Shown: in pieces, positions 61,531 through 64,000 of the stretch
Position numbering within the stretch: position 1 is the stretch's first letter
Layout of the letters: every line of letters starts with the position of its first letter
Assembly: GCF_030684315.1 (NCBI RefSeq)
Contig: NC_081396.1
Location: forward strand, 1,240,001 to 1,304,000
DNA length: 64,000 nucleotides
Source: Stegostoma tigrinum
Taxonomy: Eukaryota
Direction of reading: 5' to 3'
The notes under the pieces: model-generated
Told to the model about the DNA's origin: nothing
Seen by the model: only the letters and a program-made list of their open reading frames with translations
Databases searched by the model: none
Translations under genes and position numbers: made by a program

Positions 61531-63130
61531 CTGAATTTGGATGGGTTTTGCACGATTTTTGTCTCCTTACTTTCAGTAATATTTGTCAGTTTATGAAAAA
61601 AAAAGTATACGTTTTAGAACTGATTCCAAGTCGAACTTTGTATCCCAATGCAGAGAGATTTGTTAGGTTTCTTTCCTGTGATGGCCGAGTCTATGACATT
61701 AAAAGATACAGAGTATAAGAGGGGCTGCACGATATTGGTATTGTGGCGATGATTCCCAATCTGTTAAATCCATAACACTCCGTTTACACTGAGCTAGTTT
61801 TTTTTCATTTCACAAAGTAGCGCACTGAGGTTTCTTCTGTAAATCACTGAGAATTTGCGGAAGTCTACATGCAAGACATTTGTCATTGATCGATGCTTAA
61901 ATTTACTTCACATAAATATGGACAAATTTTCAATAATAAAGGAATGACACACATGAATACAATGCACGAAGCTTAAATTGACATGGTCCTAACGTTTTTT
62001 TTTTGAATGAAGAATGGAGCAGGATCGAAAGATGTACCTGTTTCCTCCCGCTGCTAGTTATAGTGTTACCGATTTTGATTTGTTTCACAGTCGTAAGCGT
62101 CAACATTAACAATAATCCAGTTCTGTCTGGAACTCTTCAACTGTCTGAAGTATGCAATCTCGAGTGGACTTTAGGCTGTGAATGTGTTGAAAACAGAAAC
62201 ATGATGAAGAGAAATGTGCTGCAGGTTCCATCATGCTGAATGTGCAATTCAATGTGATTATGGGTGAGGATAAGCTTCAACATTAGATTCCTGTGTATTT
62301 TCCCCGTTCCTTGATTCCCTAAGATTTTGGATTTTTACACTTATTTGTCTTGTTTGTTTTCCATGGAATCTTCAAATTTATAAGACTCACAACTCTTTGA
62401 TTTTTAATCTATCTCTAACAAAATAAATCTGGTTCTCAAAATTTCAGCTAACTTTTTTAACTGACTGACTCCTTTGGAACTCATGATGGAATCATTGGAA
62501 ACATGAAGGGTTTTTTTGGAATTCTTTTCTCAGAAACTAAATTGTCTGTTAGAAATTGAAATGAAATTATGGCCTTTGTTAGTGGTAATCCAGAGTGGAT
62601 AATTGTTGTTTTTTTTTCATTATACTAGGTTTATCAATGCTGAGATTTTCATGGACCTTGATGTTAATTGCACTGCTCCCAGTCTCCTTTGTTTGGAAGT
62701 AGTTGTTTTTTGACATGTCAACACTTCATTTGGTTCAGATTGTTACTTTGCATGCATTATCTTGATTATCTCCTCAAGTTCTCTATGATTTGTCATTCCT
62801 AAATATCATCCTGATTTTTGTTCTGATCCTTGCTTTAGCAAAATGATGTTTCCATTCTAATCAGCCAGATCCTAATTCTGTTTCTCCTTGTCCGTTAAAT
62901 TAAACGAATATCTGCCCAAATGATTGCTGCACAGGATCCGAGTGATGCATGTATATCAGTTGAACAACTCTTATGGCACTAACGCCTGACTTTGTTTGTA
63001 CGATGCATGATATATTAGCAGTAAGTCACTCAATGCGATATTTTTTACATTTCACTGGGTGCTGTGACAGTTCAATGAGCCAGTTTTATATTTCACTGGG
63101 TGCTGTGACAGTTTGTATGAAAGTAGACGA

Positions 63131-63273
63131 GGCAATTGGTTATAAGAGATAACAACGTGAGGAGCTCGATGATCTAAGATGCTGCATCTTCTGCTGTGTT
63201 CATCCAGCTCTATACTTTGTTATCTTGAATTCTCCAGCATCTACAGTTCCCATTATCTCGGGCAATTGGGTAT
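63131..63273. mobile_element. Short palindromic Penelope pLTR insertion with a 13-bp target duplication
   Basis: GGCAATTGG(T/G)TAT at 63131-63143 and 63261-63273 flank gataacaacgtgaggagc...ctgctgtgttcatccagctctatactttgttatc. Confidence 0.7.
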
Positions 63274-64000
63274 GCTGCTCATACCTTTTATACAGTACAT
63301 ACAGCATTAGGTCATGTGCTTCCCAGTATTACAGCTACCCTCTATACAGTTCATTTTAAACCTCCAGCATTATTATTTGTATTGATTTTGGGACTTGCGC
63401 AGTTAATGCAATGCTGTAACTCGTTAGGATGATCCTGCTTCTACACTGTTCTGAATGGGGATCATTGAGTATATTATGTGACCGTGCCATTTTTCTATTC
63501 TACAGTAGGCCCTGTCCCAATAAGCACTGTGCCAGGTCACTATTTTACAGGCTAATCACATGATGTTCCACGCTCATTCAAGAGGTCGACATGATTGTCC
63601 TTATCCTGTGCTAAACCTTGTCTTAATTGTTGAGGATGGAGAACCAGTTCCGTTATAAATGATATCCTGCACGTCTCCAGCTTATCAGTTATTGCAGGAG
63701 AGCATTTACCTCTCCACGTTGCAATTTCAGTTTCACGTTAGCCAGGAGCCTTGATGCTAAATTTCCAAACCAGTTTTCAGCTGATATTACAGAAGATGAT
63801 TTCCTTTTTCTTGTTAATTCATCAAAAGCTATTGTAACAAGAACTCAGAAGCTGGACATGAGAATTTGAGATTTTTACTCCTTTTTCTGCAGAGAAACAA
63901 ATTAATCACTGTCCACGTTCTGCACCTTTTCCACGTGCTGGAAGTTCACACATGATTTTCCCTCCCATCTGTGAAAACGTATTTTCAAATATTTCAGATC

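Noticed and set aside
1-64000. D, J or constant-region segments
   Set aside because: No 12-spacer RSS with FGxG plus splice donor and no C1-set exon was recognised, so the alpha versus delta assignment rests on V sequence style only.
1-64000. CRISPR arrays, operons or other prokaryotic systems; the remaining short ORFs as genes
   Set aside because: The DNA is intron-containing vertebrate sequence with no regularly spaced repeat array; the other ORFs are retroelement fragments, antisense frames or chance ORFs.

Overview
Vertebrate genomic DNA, almost certainly an elasmobranch (shark). This is inferred from HE1-type V-SINEs, abundant CR1 and Penelope-like retroelements, and the style of the V genes. 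The window is part of the V-segment array of a T-cell receptor alpha/delta-type locus. It holds three apparently functional V segments from three different families (14962-15419, 34642-35114, 44685-45241), all on the + strand, each with a leader exon, phase-1 intron, V exon and 23-bp-spacer RSS. There are also at least seven V pseudogenes on both strands and several fainter relics. Inside the array lie non-immunoglobulin genes: an intact two-exon class A GPCR of the GPR139/GPR142-like type (50266-52840), a convergent frameshifted paralogue (59158-60036) and a probable third GPCR fragment. I found no D, J or C segment. Much of the rest is decayed CR1, Rex1-like and Penelope-like elements (some with hammerhead-ribozyme cores and 13-15 bp target duplications), SINEs, microsatellites and two N gaps. 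V, RSS and exon coordinates were counted by hand; repeat boundaries are approximate; family names come from motif recognition, not database searches.
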